From an uncultured Candidatus Binatia bacterium (GTDB lineage: Bacteria > Desulfobacterota > Binatia > UBA9968 > JAJDTQ01): a DNA stretch of 64,000 nt. Shown here one piece after another: positions 50,070 through 61,400 of this stretch. The notes under the pieces were generated by a model. That model had not been told where the DNA came from, searched no databases, and saw only the letters and a program-made list of their open reading frames with translations. The stretch spans positions 1,760,001 through 1,824,000 of the forward strand of contig OZ219754.1 of NCBI GenBank assembly GCA_964291295.2, in the 5' to 3' direction. Numbering within the stretch: the stretch's first letter is position 1; the number at the start of each line of letters is the position of its first letter. The position numbers were made by a program, and so were the translations under genes.

Positions 50070-52466
50070 ATGACGGAACCACAGGTCGAGAAAGTACCGG
50101 GATATTGCGCGCTGTGCACCGCCCACTGCGCCACCGTGGCCACGGTGGAGAACGGGCGCGTGACGCGGCTCGATCCGGACCATGAGCATCCCAACGGCGG
50201 AGCCATCTGCGTCAAGGGCAAGGCGGCGCCGGAACTGGTCTACAACCGCGAGCGGCTGAACCGCCCGTTGCGCCGCACCAACCCCAAGGGCGCCGCCGAC
50301 CCGGGCTGGCGGCGCGTGGGGTGGGACGAGGCGCTGGACGACATCGCCGCCCGCCTGCTCGACATCCGCGAGCGCCACGGCGCCGAGGCCATCGCCATGG
50401 CCCGGGGCACCGCCAGCGGCACTTCGACGGACGACGTCAACGGGTGGTCGTCGCGTCTTCTCAACCTCATGGGCAGCCCCAACTCGCTGTCCACCACCCA
50501 CGTCTGCAACTGGCACCGGGATACGGCGTTCAGCTACACGTTCGGCGTGCCGCAGCCCTCCCCGGACGTGCTCCACAGCGGCGCCTTCCTGCTGTGGGGC
50601 CACAACCCGAGTTCCACGCAGTTGATGCTGGCCCAGGATGTCGCCACCGCGCGCAAGCGCGGCATGAAGGTGGTCGTGGTGGATCCGCGCAGGGTGGGCT
50701 TCGGCAGTCAGGCGGACGTCTTGCTCCAGGTGCGCCCGGGCGCCGACGGCGCGCTGGCCCTGGCGCTCGTCCATGTCCTGATCGAGGAGGGACGGTACGA
50801 CGAGGACTTCGTCCGCGACTGGACCAACGGCCCGTTTCTCCTGCGCACGGACACCGGAGCGCCGCTGACCGAGTCGGACATGGCGGCGGGAGGGAGTCCG
50901 GACCGCTGTCTGGTCCGGGACGAGTCCTCCGGCCGGGTCGTTGTCCATGATCCGGAGACCCGCGCCTGCGTGGAAGAGGGCGTCCGCCCGGCTCTTCAGG
51001 GGACGGTCCGCGTGTCCATGAAGGACGGCGCCGCGGTGATGTGCGAACCGGTCTTTGCCGCACTGGCGCGGCTGGCCGCGGCGCATGCCCCGGAACGGTC
51101 GGAGGACGTCACGCGTGTGCCGGCGGACAAGGTTCGCGAGGCCGCCCGCGTGCTCGGCGGCCACCGCCCCGTGAGCATGTTCATGTGGAACGGCGTCGGC
51201 CAGCACACCAATGCGACGCAGACGAGCCGGGCCATCTCCATCCTGTACGCGTTGCTGGGCGACATAGACGCGCCCGGCGGCAATCTGATGCTGCCCATGG
51301 CGCCGTTGCGCGGTGTGGACGGCAAGGAGTTCCTTTCCCCCGAGGCGGTTTCGAAGCGTATCGGACTTGCCGGAAAACCGTTGGGCCCGCCGGCCACCGC
51401 GGGTGCGTGCGCGGCCCACGACGTCTACACCGCCATCCTGGAGGAGCGCCCGTATCCGGTCCGCGCCCTCATCAATCTGGGCTCCAACACGGTGATCTCC
51501 AACGGCGACTCCGAACGCGGCCGCAAGGCCCTTTGCAGCCTGGAGTTGGGTGTGGCCACCGAACTCTTCATGACCCCCACCGCCGAGCTCTGCGACTACG
51601 TTCTGCCCGCCACCAGCTTCCTCGAAATGGACCACCTCGCCGGCGGCTTCCGGCACCGGGTGGATGCCCGCTCCCACGTCCAGTACCGGCGGCGGGCGGT
51701 GGAGCCGCTGGCCGAGCGGCGTTCCGACACGTGGGTGGTGTTCGAGCTGGCCCGGCGCATGGGCTTCGGCGGCGACTTCTGGGGCGGCGACGTGGAGGCG
51801 GCCCGTTCCTGGCAGTTGGAACCTGCCGGCCTCACGCTGGACGAGCTCAGGGCGCGGCCGGGCGGTGTGACCCTGGCGGCGCCGCGGCGTTACCGGAAGT
51901 ACGCGGAGACCGACGGCGAGGGCCGCCGGAAGGGCTTCTACAATCCATCGGGCCGGGTGGAACTCTACTCGCACCGGTTGGCGCGGCACGGGTTCCCGCC
52001 GTTGCCGGAGTACCGGGAGCCGGCCCTGAGCCCGGTGAGCACGCCGGAGCTGGCCGCGGAGTACCCTCTGGTCCTGACCAACGCCAAGTTCACGACGTTC
52101 ATCCACAGCCAGCAGCGGGCCCTGCCCGGTCTTCGCAAGGCCGCGCCCGAGCCCATTGCCGAACTCCATCCGGATACCGCGGTCGAGCACGGCATCGGAC
52201 ACCGGCAGTGGATGGTCGTCGAGAGCCCCAAGGGCGCGGTGCGGGTGCGGGCCAATCTCACCGCCCGGATCATTCCCGGTGTGGTCTGTGTGCAGCACGG
52301 CTGGTGGCAGGCGTGCCGGGACCTTGCACTCCCGGGGCATGATCCCTTCTCCCGGCTCGGGGCCAACGCCAACCGCCTGGTGGACGCCGAGTACCAGGAT
52401 CCGGTCAGCGGCTCCCTGCCGCACCGGTCGTTCCTGTGCCGCGTGCGGCCGGTGGACGGCCCGTGA
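50070..52466 (+). CDS. Mo/W-bisPGD oxidoreductase catalytic subunit (cytoplasmic; acetylene-hydratase-like group)
   Basis: CALCTAHC..C [4Fe-4S] motif, THVCNW, WGHNP, DYVLPA, C-terminal HGWW; no Tat leader. Confidence 0.88.
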   Translation: MTEPQVEKVPGYCALCTAHCATVATVENGRVTRLDPDHEHPNGGAICVKGKAAPELVYNRERLNRPLRRTNPKGAADPGWRRVGWDEALDDIAARLLDIRERHGAEAIAMARGTASGTSTDDVNGWSSRLLNLMGSPNSLSTTHVCNWHRDTAFSYTFGVPQPSPDVLHSGAFLLWGHNPSSTQLMLAQDVATARKRGMKVVVVDPRRVGFGSQADVLLQVRPGADGALALALVHVLIEEGRYDEDFVRDWTNGPFLLRTDTGAPLTESDMAAGGSPDRCLVRDESSGRVVVHDPETRACVEEGVRPALQGTVRVSMKDGAAVMCEPVFAALARLAAAHAPERSEDVTRVPADKVREAARVLGGHRPVSMFMWNGVGQHTNATQTSRAISILYALLGDIDAPGGNLMLPMAPLRGVDGKEFLSPEAVSKRIGLAGKPLGPPATAGACAAHDVYTAILEERPYPVRALINLGSNTVISNGDSERGRKALCSLELGVATELFMTPTAELCDYVLPATSFLEMDHLAGGFRHRVDARSHVQYRRRAVEPLAERRSDTWVVFELARRMGFGGDFWGGDVEAARSWQLEPAGLTLDELRARPGGVTLAAPRRYRKYAETDGEGRRKGFYNPSGRVELYSHRLARHGFPPLPEYREPALSPVSTPELAAEYPLVLTNAKFTTFIHSQQRALPGLRKAAPEPIAELHPDTAVEHGIGHRQWMVVESPKGAVRVRANLTARIIPGVVCVQHGWWQACRDLALPGHDPFSRLGANANRLVDAEYQDPVSGSLPHRSFLCRVRPVDGP

Positions 52467-52475
52467 GGATACACG

Positions 52476-53549
52476 ATGGTTCTCGTACTCAAGAATGAAC
52501 AGCTGGAGGATCTGGTTCCCATGGCGGAGGAGATCGACGCCATCGAGCAGGCCTATCGGGAGATGGGCGAGGGCGGCGCGGTGAATGCGCCCCGCGCTCG
52601 CCTCCGGGTCCAGGCGCCGGGGAAGAAGCCGGGCTTCCAGTACTACTTCAACAACATCATGGGCCTCGTTCCCGGCATGAAGTCCATGGGACTCAGGATC
52701 GACTCGACCTTCTCCGACGAAGAGGAGGTGGCGGGCACGAAGAGACGGATCTACCCCGGCAACTACGTCGGGCTCGTGTTCCTGTTCGACATGGAGGACT
52801 GCTCGCTGCTGTCCATCATGGACGACCATTTCATCTCCATCTTCCGCGTCGGCGCCACCAGCGGGGTGGCGGCGAAACATCTGGCGCGGACGGACGCCCG
52901 GGTGATGGGGCTGGTGGGGTCCGGGGAGCAGGCCCGGACGCAGCTGCTGGCGGCCTGCGCCGTGCGGCCCCTGGACCGGGTCAAGGTGTTCAGTCCCACC
53001 CGCGCCAACCGGGAGCGGTTCGCCGAGGAAATGACCGGGACGGCGGGCGTGGAGATCGTGCCGGTGCACTCCGCGGAAGAGGCCGTGCGCGGCAGCGACA
53101 TCGTCACCGCCGCCACCAACACGGTGGACCCGGTCATTCACGGCGAATGGCTCGAGAAAGGAGCGTTCGTCAACAGCATCGTGGGCGGCGACAGCTATCT
53201 GTCGCGCCATGAACTGGACGACGCCGTGATCGAGCGCGCCGGGCTGATCGTGGTGGGCTTCCGCCAGCAGATCTTTCTGGACAAACAGGCGGAGATCTAC
53301 CCGCGCATCCAGCGCGGCCTCGTCCGGGAGGAAGACCTGCACGAGTTGAGCGAGTTGCTGGCGGGGCAATGCCGCGGCCGCGAGAGCGACGACGAGATCG
53401 TCGTCTTCAAGAACAACACCGGCATGGGCATCCAGTTCGCCGCCACCGCCCGGCTCCTTTACGAGGCCGCGCGCCGGAAGGGCATCGGCACCGAGCTTCC
53501 CTCGGAACTGTTCATCACCGACCGCAAGGGCAAGACCTACTCGCCGTAG
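52476..53549 (+). CDS. Ornithine cyclodeaminase/mu-crystallin family protein
   Basis: RVGATSGVA, GSGEQA and GMGIQFAA motifs. Confidence 0.85.
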   Translation: MVLVLKNEQLEDLVPMAEEIDAIEQAYREMGEGGAVNAPRARLRVQAPGKKPGFQYYFNNIMGLVPGMKSMGLRIDSTFSDEEEVAGTKRRIYPGNYVGLVFLFDMEDCSLLSIMDDHFISIFRVGATSGVAAKHLARTDARVMGLVGSGEQARTQLLAACAVRPLDRVKVFSPTRANRERFAEEMTGTAGVEIVPVHSAEEAVRGSDIVTAATNTVDPVIHGEWLEKGAFVNSIVGGDSYLSRHELDDAVIERAGLIVVGFRQQIFLDKQAEIYPRIQRGLVREEDLHELSELLAGQCRGRESDDEIVVFKNNTGMGIQFAATARLLYEAARRKGIGTELPSELFITDRKGKTYSP

Positions 53550-53558
53550 CGCGCCGCT

Positions 53559-54842
53559 TCACGAACCGGCGCCCGGGGTCGGGGTGTCGCGCTTGACCGG
53601 CCGTCTGATGAGCAGGGTCAGTCCCGCGCACAGGATCTGCACGGCGACGAAGAGGGTCAGCGGCAGATCGTAGCTGCCGGTGTAGTCGTGGAGGTAGCCG
53701 AAGAACGGCGCCCCGGCGGCGGCGCAGAGCAGCAGGATGGGGACGCTGAGACCGCGGACCGTGCCGAGGGACAGCCGCCCGAAACAGTTGGCCCAGACGA
53801 CTTCCTGAAGCACCTGCGCGCCCCCGAGGCCGGCGCCGTAGAGGAAGAAGGCCGCGTACAGCCACGGCAAGGCATGGGTTCTCAGGGCGATGACGAGTCC
53901 CGCGGCCTGTATCACGAACATCAGCGCGGTGGTTCTGCGGACGCTCACCCGTTCGCTGACAAAGCCCCACAGGAGGCCGGAGCCCAGTTGGGTGGCGGCG
54001 GTGACCGTGACCACGGACCCGGCCCGGAAGTCGGCATGGCCCATGTCGGACACGAAGGGGAACAGGTGCAGGTTGAATCCGGCGACGCCGATGTCCACCA
54101 CGCTGAAGATGAAGGTGATGAGCCAGAAGGTGGAGGTGCGCACGGCTTCCCGCCGGGTCCAGACCACGTCCGTGCGCGGCGTCCGGTCCCCGCGGCCGCT
54201 CTCCGGACGCATGCCGGGTTCCGGGTCGCCGTCCGGATGGAGTCCGATGTCTTCGGGGCTGCGCCGCATCCACACCGCCGCCGGTATCAGGATCAGGAAG
54301 ATCACCAGGGCTCCGAACAGGATCCACAGGTGACGCCAGCCGATGGTGGTCAGGAGGTAGGCGGCCACCAGGGCGATGGTGGTCTTGGAGAGGCCCTGTC
54401 CCAGATGGGCGATGGCCACGGCCCGGCCGCGCTGCCTGACGAACCAGCGGGACACCGTGACGTTGACCACGAAGTAGCACACCAGGGCGTGCCCGATGGA
54501 AACCAGGGCCACCCGGATGACGGTGAACTGCAGGAAGCTCCGGGCGTAGCCCAGCGACACGAAGCCCGCCACCGAGATGACCGCGCCAGTGACCATCAGC
54601 CACCGGGCGCCATACCGATCCAGCAGGGAGCCGATCCACGGCGCCGCGCCGGCGTAGGCCACCAGTTCGAGGGAACGCATGATCGAGAAGGTGCCGCGGG
54701 TGACGCCCAGATCGGCGGTAATGGACTTCATCAGCACGCCGAGGGTGCTGGACAGGTAGAAGGCGCAGGCGATGTTGACCAGAAAGCCGGTGGCGACGAT
54801 GTACCAGCCGTAGAACAGACCGGGTCTTGCGGATTCCTGCAT
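53559..54842 (-). CDS. MFS transporter
   Basis: FYGWYIV, DRYGAR and RWFVRQRGRA motifs; about 12 hydrophobic segments. Confidence 0.9.
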   Translation of the reverse strand: MQESARPGLFYGWYIVATGFLVNIACAFYLSSTLGVLMKSITADLGVTRGTFSIMRSLELVAYAGAAPWIGSLLDRYGARWLMVTGAVISVAGFVSLGYARSFLQFTVIRVALVSIGHALVCYFVVNVTVSRWFVRQRGRAVAIAHLGQGLSKTTIALVAAYLLTTIGWRHLWILFGALVIFLILIPAAVWMRRSPEDIGLHPDGDPEPGMRPESGRGDRTPRTDVVWTRREAVRTSTFWLITFIFSVVDIGVAGFNLHLFPFVSDMGHADFRAGSVVTVTAATQLGSGLLWGFVSERVSVRRTTALMFVIQAAGLVIALRTHALPWLYAAFFLYGAGLGGAQVLQEVVWANCFGRLSLGTVRGLSVPILLLCAAAGAPFFGYLHDYTGSYDLPLTLFVAVQILCAGLTLLIRRPVKRDTPTPGAGS

Positions 54843-54863
54843 TCCTTCGATTCGCCCGGGCGG

Positions 54864-56159
54864 CTAACCGGCCCGTTCCAGGCTCGCCGGGTGCCGGGGC
54901 CGCCGTATCGTGAGCGTCAACGCGGATGAAGCCAGCAGCATGGCGATGAACAGGTAGAACGAGATCCTGTACGATCCGGTGTAGTCATTCACGAAGCCGA
55001 AGAACGGTGGACCGCAGACGCCGCACAACAGCACGATCTGCAGGGCGGCGCCGCGAACCGTACCCAGCGACACCCGGCCGAAGTAGTTCGCCCACATGAC
55101 CTCCTCCAGCACCTGGGCGCCGCCAAGCCCCAGGCCGTAGAAGAAAAACCCGAGGTAGATGGTCGAGAGGTCCTGTGCGGTCGCCGCCACGTACAGCCCG
55201 GCGGCCTCCATCAGAAACAGGAACGCGATGATCCTGCGGACGCGGAAGCGCTCGCCGACGAAGCCCCACAGCAGGCCCGAGGCGGTTTGCGTGCCGGCGA
55301 TCACGGTCATGGTCAGGGCCGCCGGGAACCCGCCGTATCCCAGGTCCGAGACGTAGGAGACGACGTGGAGGTTGAGGCCGGTGATGCCCACGTCCACCAT
55401 GCCGAACACCAGGATGATGAGCCAGAAGGTGGGGGTGCGCCGCACATCCCGCCGCGTCCAGTGAACGTCCGGCTCCGGCGCCCGCGCCCGGGCATGGACG
55501 GTGCCCTTCATGGGTTCGCGTTGGGCGGCGCCGTCGGGATGAAGCCCCATGTCCTCCGGGCTCCGGCGCATGAAGAGGGCCACCGGGATGACGGCGAGCA
55601 CCACCACCAGCACGCCGAACAGGGTCCACACCTGGCGCCAGGCGATGAATGTCAGCAGCCAGCCCACCACCGCGGAGATGGCCACCTTGGCGACGCCATG
55701 TCCCAGGTGGGAAAGGGCCAGCGCCCTCCCCCGCATCCGGACGAACCACCGGGCCACCGTGACGTTCACCACGAAGTAGCAGACCAGGGCGTGGCCGGCC
55801 GCCATCACGGTCATGCGCACGGAGGCGAACTGCCAGAAGTGGGACACCTGACCCAGCACCAGGAACCCGACGGCCGAGAGGGCTGCTCCGGTGACCATCA
55901 TGCGGCGCGGACCGTATTGGTCCAACTTCGATCCCACCCAGGGTGCCATCAGGGCGTAAAGGAGGTGCTCGCCCGACCGCAGCAGCGAGAAAAGCCCCCG
56001 GGACACGCCAAGATCGGCGGTGACGGGCTTCAGAAAGACGCTGAGTGTACTGGACAGGAAGAAGGCGCACGAGATGTTGGCCAGGAAGGCGGCGCCCACG
56101 ATGTACCAACCGTAGAACACGCGCGACCGTCCGGAGCGGTGGAGGGGATCAGAAATCAC
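54864..56159 (-). CDS. MFS transporter (tandem paralog)
   Basis: FYGWYIV, DQYGPR and RWFVRMRGRA motifs. Confidence 0.9.
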   Translation of the reverse strand: MISDPLHRSGRSRVFYGWYIVGAAFLANISCAFFLSSTLSVFLKPVTADLGVSRGLFSLLRSGEHLLYALMAPWVGSKLDQYGPRRMMVTGAALSAVGFLVLGQVSHFWQFASVRMTVMAAGHALVCYFVVNVTVARWFVRMRGRALALSHLGHGVAKVAISAVVGWLLTFIAWRQVWTLFGVLVVVLAVIPVALFMRRSPEDMGLHPDGAAQREPMKGTVHARARAPEPDVHWTRRDVRRTPTFWLIILVFGMVDVGITGLNLHVVSYVSDLGYGGFPAALTMTVIAGTQTASGLLWGFVGERFRVRRIIAFLFLMEAAGLYVAATAQDLSTIYLGFFFYGLGLGGAQVLEEVMWANYFGRVSLGTVRGAALQIVLLCGVCGPPFFGFVNDYTGSYRISFYLFIAMLLASSALTLTIRRPRHPASLERAG

Positions 56160-56397
56160 GGCGGTGCGGGAATCCGGGGCAATTCTGGCTCAGGTTGCAC
56201 TCTTGCGCGAACGGGCTGTGGCAAGCAGGAACCCGGGACCCGGTTCATTCGGGGAAACGTAGGCAATCGCGTCGTCGGAGTCAAACTTTGTCCGGCGTTT
56301 GTTCGGCGGCCGCCGCGGTGATGGCGGTTCGGTCGGCATGACGCCGAGCGGGTTGCCAGAACCATCCCGCGCCGGGGAATGGCGGAAGAACCAGGGT

Positions 56398-56570
56398 ATG
56401 GACGTTTCTCGCTTCGTCAGCCGGCACGCCCGCGCTGATCGAGACCCCCGTCACCGCCCGCACATGACCCCGCCGCCACCCGCCGCCCTTGCGCTCGGTC
56501 TGCGCCGTCAACCATCGAAGTCTCCTGGACAGACGCCCGCTGTTTCTGCCGCCAATCCCCCGCGTGGGAC
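56398..56570 (+). repeat. Conserved upstream element of adhesin locus 2 (homologous to 39284-39468)
   Basis: Colinear shared blocks with locus 1. Confidence 0.8.
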
Positions 56571-56603
56571 AGCCCCGGGATAGCCGCCCGGGCTGTCCCA
56601 CGC
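56562..56603. other. Strong hairpin at the 3' end of the upstream element
   Basis: GCGTGGGACAGCCC(C)GGG ... CCCGGGCTGTCCCACGC. Confidence 0.7.
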
Positions 56604-56619
56604 TGCGTGTCGGGTGCGT

Positions 56620-58210
56620 GGGGGAGAGATTGGGGTGTCAGGCAGTGGCGTTCTTGCGCTATGGCAGATAGCGCGGTGGCAGATAGACATGGGGGGATGT
56701 GGGAACGCATCCGCAAGGGGTCGGGCGCGGTCCACGGTGAGGCACCGGAAGGGTATGCGCTGTGGGAGGTGGGGGAGGGTCGGGTGAAGCCGGAGGAGCG
56801 TTCCCGGAGGAGCGTCCGGACCGGGACGTGCTGATGGACAGGCATCCTTGTCCGGGCTTTCGCGGTCTGGCAGGCCGCGGCCTTCGTCATGCGGCGACCT
56901 TCAGAGGTCGATGGCCGGGCTTGGCGGCGTGGCAGAACGGCGCCTTCAAGTGCCGACCGCGGGACCGTTGGACCGGCGGACGGTCGAAGCAGCCGTTCGA
57001 GCGTCCGGGTCGGATCGCCGACCACACGCGCCTTCTGCTGCTCTCCGAGCCCGGAGTGTTTCCCAACCTTGCCTCCCGTTTCGTGGCGCGCATGACCCGC
57101 TGGCGGGCGGTGCACGGCCATCCGGTGCTTGTGGCCGAGACATTCCACGATTCGGGGTTTTCCGGGGTTGTTTGCGGGCACGCTTTACAAGGCGGCGGGC
57201 CGGGCAGGACCCGTGGGTTAGCGCGCGCCAACGGGCGTTGCACCGACCCCCACGGTTGGCGGAAGGAGACAGGGGTCAAGCCGCTGCGGCCCGACGCCCG
57301 GGCGCGGCTGTCGAACCCGCGTCCGCTGCCGCCCCACGTGGCGCCTCCGGTCGATCCCGGCCTGGCTTCCCGCCACCCGGTGGCGATGCGTTCCCAGTAT
57401 GCCGAACGGGCGGTCGTGCCGGACTTCCGCCGGAACCAGGGCCGGAAGCCCGGGGTGGCCTGCGTGCTCGCCGTGCATGTGCGGTGCCGACGACCTCTTC
57501 CGGGTCAAGGCCAACGCGCCGGACACCTTCCATCTTCTCGCCCGCATTGACTGGGAGAAAGACGCCACCGGCCACTTCGAGGAGGAACTCGACAAGCTCC
57601 CCGGTGGTCCGGAGCCGCGCTCCATCCGCGTCCCGCCCCCGCGCCGGGTCCACTACCCCGGCGTCCGCCAGATCACCCGCCACCGTGAGCCCCTGCGCGA
57701 GGACGGGGACAGGGCCGGGGAAGAACACATGGAAACCGCCCATGTCCTCACCTCCCTTGATGCCGCAGCGGCATCTCCGAGAGACCGGCTCCGGCTCAAT
57801 CGCGGACACGGGGTCGTGGAGAACCGCAACCAGCGCCGGAGGGACTGCGTCTTCGGCGAGGACGCATGCCTGACCGGCATCGGACACGGACCGGCCAACC
57901 GCGCCCGCCTTGACCGCATCGCACTCGCGGTGATCTTCACCAACCGGCGCGACACCGAGAGCTTCACCGAAACCCGCCGACGGCTGCAACTCGACCGGGG
58001 CCAAGCCTTCGCCGCCCTGACCCGGCCACCGACGTCCCGGAACCCCAGCCCCAACCACCCCCGCAGGCCACCCCACCGCCAGGCCCATCCCCGGCTCACC
58101 CGGCCCGGCGCTTATCCCCGGACAGTACCCCTGCACCGACAACCGCATGAAAGGCACCCTACCCCCCTCTGCCCCACTCTCATCCCAACCCCCAGCTTCG
58201 GAAAGTCCTG
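56620..58210 (+). mobile_element. Degenerate ISAs1-family element with an N-terminal DUF4338 (DruA-like) domain; transposase is a pseudogene
   Basis: AFKCRPRDRW, PNLASR, HGHPVLVAETF (DUF4338); PDFRRNQGRK, ADDLFRVKAN, NRGHGVVENRNQRRRDCVFGEDAC (ISAs1 DDE) in shifting frames; right end GGAAAGTCCTG; left boundary uncertain. Confidence 0.8.
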
Positions 58211-58432
58211 GTGTCGGGCGCGGCGCACGTTGAAATCGGCCTGCGGATGGGTTACAGGTTGCACCGATGGGTTTGCTGCGGTCGTGCGGGTTCGGCGCCC
58301 CGATATTCGACAGGAATTCAGGACGGGAGGATGAGATCATGACGGGGACGCCGGGCGATGTCGGGATGCATGACCTGCGGCTGTCCGGGCGGGGCATGAG
58401 CGCCTCACGCGCGCGCGAACCCGAACTCGTTG

Positions 58433-58449
58433 CCCCCCCCCCCCCCCCC
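58433..58449 (+). repeat. Poly-C tract (C17) between the upstream ATG (58339) and the adhesin ORF; putative phase-variation switch
   Basis: 17 consecutive C. ATG 58339 is out of frame with ORF 58461, and C18 or C15 would fuse them without a stop. Confidence 0.9.
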
Positions 58450-58460
58450 GAAAACCGGCT

Positions 58461-61400
58461 GTGGGGCTTAGTCCGGTGGGCGCCCTCGGGAGAACCGCCA
58501 GCCGCCTGAAGGCGGCATTCGCCCTCGTCTTCTTCGCGCTGGTGACGCTCGCCGTGCTCGCGCCGCAGGACGCGCGGGCGCAGCAAAAGCCGGCGCTCAC
58601 GGCAACCCCGGGTGTCGGCAGTGTCACGCTCAACTGGACCCGTACCGGCAACACTGGATTTGGATATTGGGTTTACCGACAGGGGGTCACCGGAGGAGGT
58701 TACGGCGACTGGATCGATATACCGGGCGGCGCCACCATCAGAACCCACACGGTCACAGGGTTGACCCCCGGCACCTCCTATACCTTCCAGGTGGCAAGGG
58801 CGGAAGGTACCGGTCTCAACTTTTCCGTCTTCGCTAGTGGGGGAGGGTACTCGAACGGGGCCACGGCGACGCCAACGGCGGCCACTTCCACCAAGACGAT
58901 CACCCTGTCGGCGACATCGACCTCGATCACCGAGGGCAACTCCGGCTTTACGGACGTGACGGTCACCGTGACGCTCGGCGAGGCGGCGCCGGCGGCGGAT
59001 CCGGATTTGGGGATTTTTTCGCTCTCCCTTATTTCTGCCAGTCCCCCCGGCACGGCCACAGGCTCCAGCAAGGGAGCAAACCCCTGCACGGCGCCGCTGA
59101 ATCCGGCGGACACCGACTGGTGCCATCCGGACGGGGCCAACATCTCCATCGCCGAAGGTGAGACCATGGGCACGAAGAAAGTGCGTATTCTCGCCGACAC
59201 CCGGGACGAGCCGAACGAGACCATCAAGCTCGTTTCTTCGGCTGCGCATCCTGGCTGGACCGACGGCAGCCTCACCCTGACCATTACCGACGACGATCCC
59301 CCCACCACGGCCGTTCCTGCCGCGACAGCGGGACTGGGTTCGGATGCAGGGGATCGGAAGGTGACGCTCATATGGGAGGCTGTCAGGGATTCCAATCCGG
59401 CCATTACCAAGTGGCAGTATCAGCAGAAGACCGGGTTGGCGGCCTACGGCGCATGGACCGATATTTCCAACTCGGCGGAAGGTGAACCCAATAACGGCAG
59501 ATATGTGGTGACGGGTTTGAGCAACGGGACGGAATACAAGTTCAAGGTGCGTGCGGTGAACAGTTCCGGCAACGGTGTGGTATCCAATGAGACAACGGCA
59601 ACCCCCACTGGCAGCAAGACCATCACCCTCACAACCGATCAGCCCAATAACCGTATCACGGAGGGTGATACGGAAAGGAAGAACATAGTCCTCACCGTTA
59701 CCCTCAGCGAGGATGCACCGGACGAGTTTCTTGTCAGCATCAGCTATGGTGGGGGTATCGGCACCCTGGTGGGCAATGATAACGGAGGTTCCGACAACTG
59801 CAGCAATCCGACCCCCGCGACAGCAGATATCTGCTTCCCCGGCGGCCCTTCCGCGAGTAGCCTCCCCATAGAGTCTGGGCAAAGAACAGCCACAAGGACG
59901 GTTGGCATTCTTCCGGACACCTTGGAGGAGGGGGATGAGTACTTCTCCATGCGGGCCAGCACCAGCACAGGGGGCTGGTCGGGCGACTCCATCCTCATCA
60001 CCATTGTTGACAATGATGGCACCACCGCCAAACCCGCCAAGCCCACGGGGTTGTCGGCGGAGGCGGGCAACGGTCAGGTGGAGCTGACGTGGACGGACCC
60101 GGAGGACGATTCGATCACGGGGTATCAGGTGCAGCAGAGGAAGGGGAGCGCCGCCTGGGGCAGCTGGACCGACATTTCCGGTTCGGACGCGGACACCACG
60201 AACCACACGGTGACGGGTCTGGACAACGACAGCGCGTACCGTTTTCGCATCCGGGCGCAGAACGGCGGCGGCAACAGCGCCGCGTCGGCGGTGGTGCGGG
60301 CGACGCCGGCGGAGCCCGCTACGGCCCCCGCCAAGCCGACGGGCTTGGGCGCGACGAAGGGCGACACGTGGGTCTACCTGACGTGGACCGATCCGGGCGA
60401 CGCCAGCATCACCCGTTGGGAGTACCGGCAGAAGGCCGGTACCGGAAACTACGGTTCGTGGATGCGGATGACGGGTTCCGGCGCGGCGACGGTGAAGCAC
60501 CAGATCCCGGGCCTGAAGAACGGCACGGTCTACGCGTTCAGGATTCGCGCGGTGAACGGCAACGGCAACGGCGCGGCGTCGGAGGAGGTGACGGCGACGC
60601 CGAATCCGCCGGTGGCGCCGGTGTTGACGGCAGCCACTTCAACGACCAATCGGAATCTCACGCTGACCTGGACCCATGCCGGCTCGACCGCGGTCGATTA
60701 CATCGACGGCGGGGGTGCCAGCGCCGTCTGGTGGCAAACGGGGCATCGGCTGAAGGGGTCCACCACCTGGACGGCGTACGGCGGGAACGTATCCGCCGCG
60801 AGGGGCAACTCCCGGCGCACCTCGTCGGCGCTCCTCGGCTCCGCTGCTGCCTACCCGAACGGAGCATCGGTGGAGGTGGCGATTCGGGCATCGGGCGATT
60901 CCTTATTGCTGGGCAGGTCGGATGTCAAGGGCCCCTGGTCGAACGAGCGCACGGTCACGTTCATGAACACCGATACGAACGCGCTGACGATCACCGGAGC
61001 GCCGGTGACGGTGGCGCCCGGTTCCACGGCGGTCTACAGGGTGGCGCTGACGAAGGCGTATGCGGGGACGCTGTCGGTCAAGAGCGACGACACGGACACG
61101 GCGACGGTGAGTCCGCCGAATCTGACGTTTACCGCGGACAACTACAGCACGGCGCAGGATGTGACGGTGACCGGGGTCAAGAACGGCACGGCGACCATCA
61201 ACCACGCCTTTCGGCTGACGGGGGCCACGGTGGATGCGATACCGGATGCGGGCACGGTGGACGTGACGGTGGCGGATGCGCCGGGGGTGACGGTGTCGAC
61301 GGCGGCGCTGACGGTGGCGGAGGGCGGCAGCGGCGCCTACACGATGCGGCTGAACACGGCGCCGTCGAGCGATGTGACGATAATGGTGGACGGCGCTTCG

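Noticed and set aside
56762-57300. Druantia defence system (DruA-like DUF4338)
   Set aside because: The domain is fused to an ISAs1 transposase remnant, a common IS architecture, and no other dru genes are present
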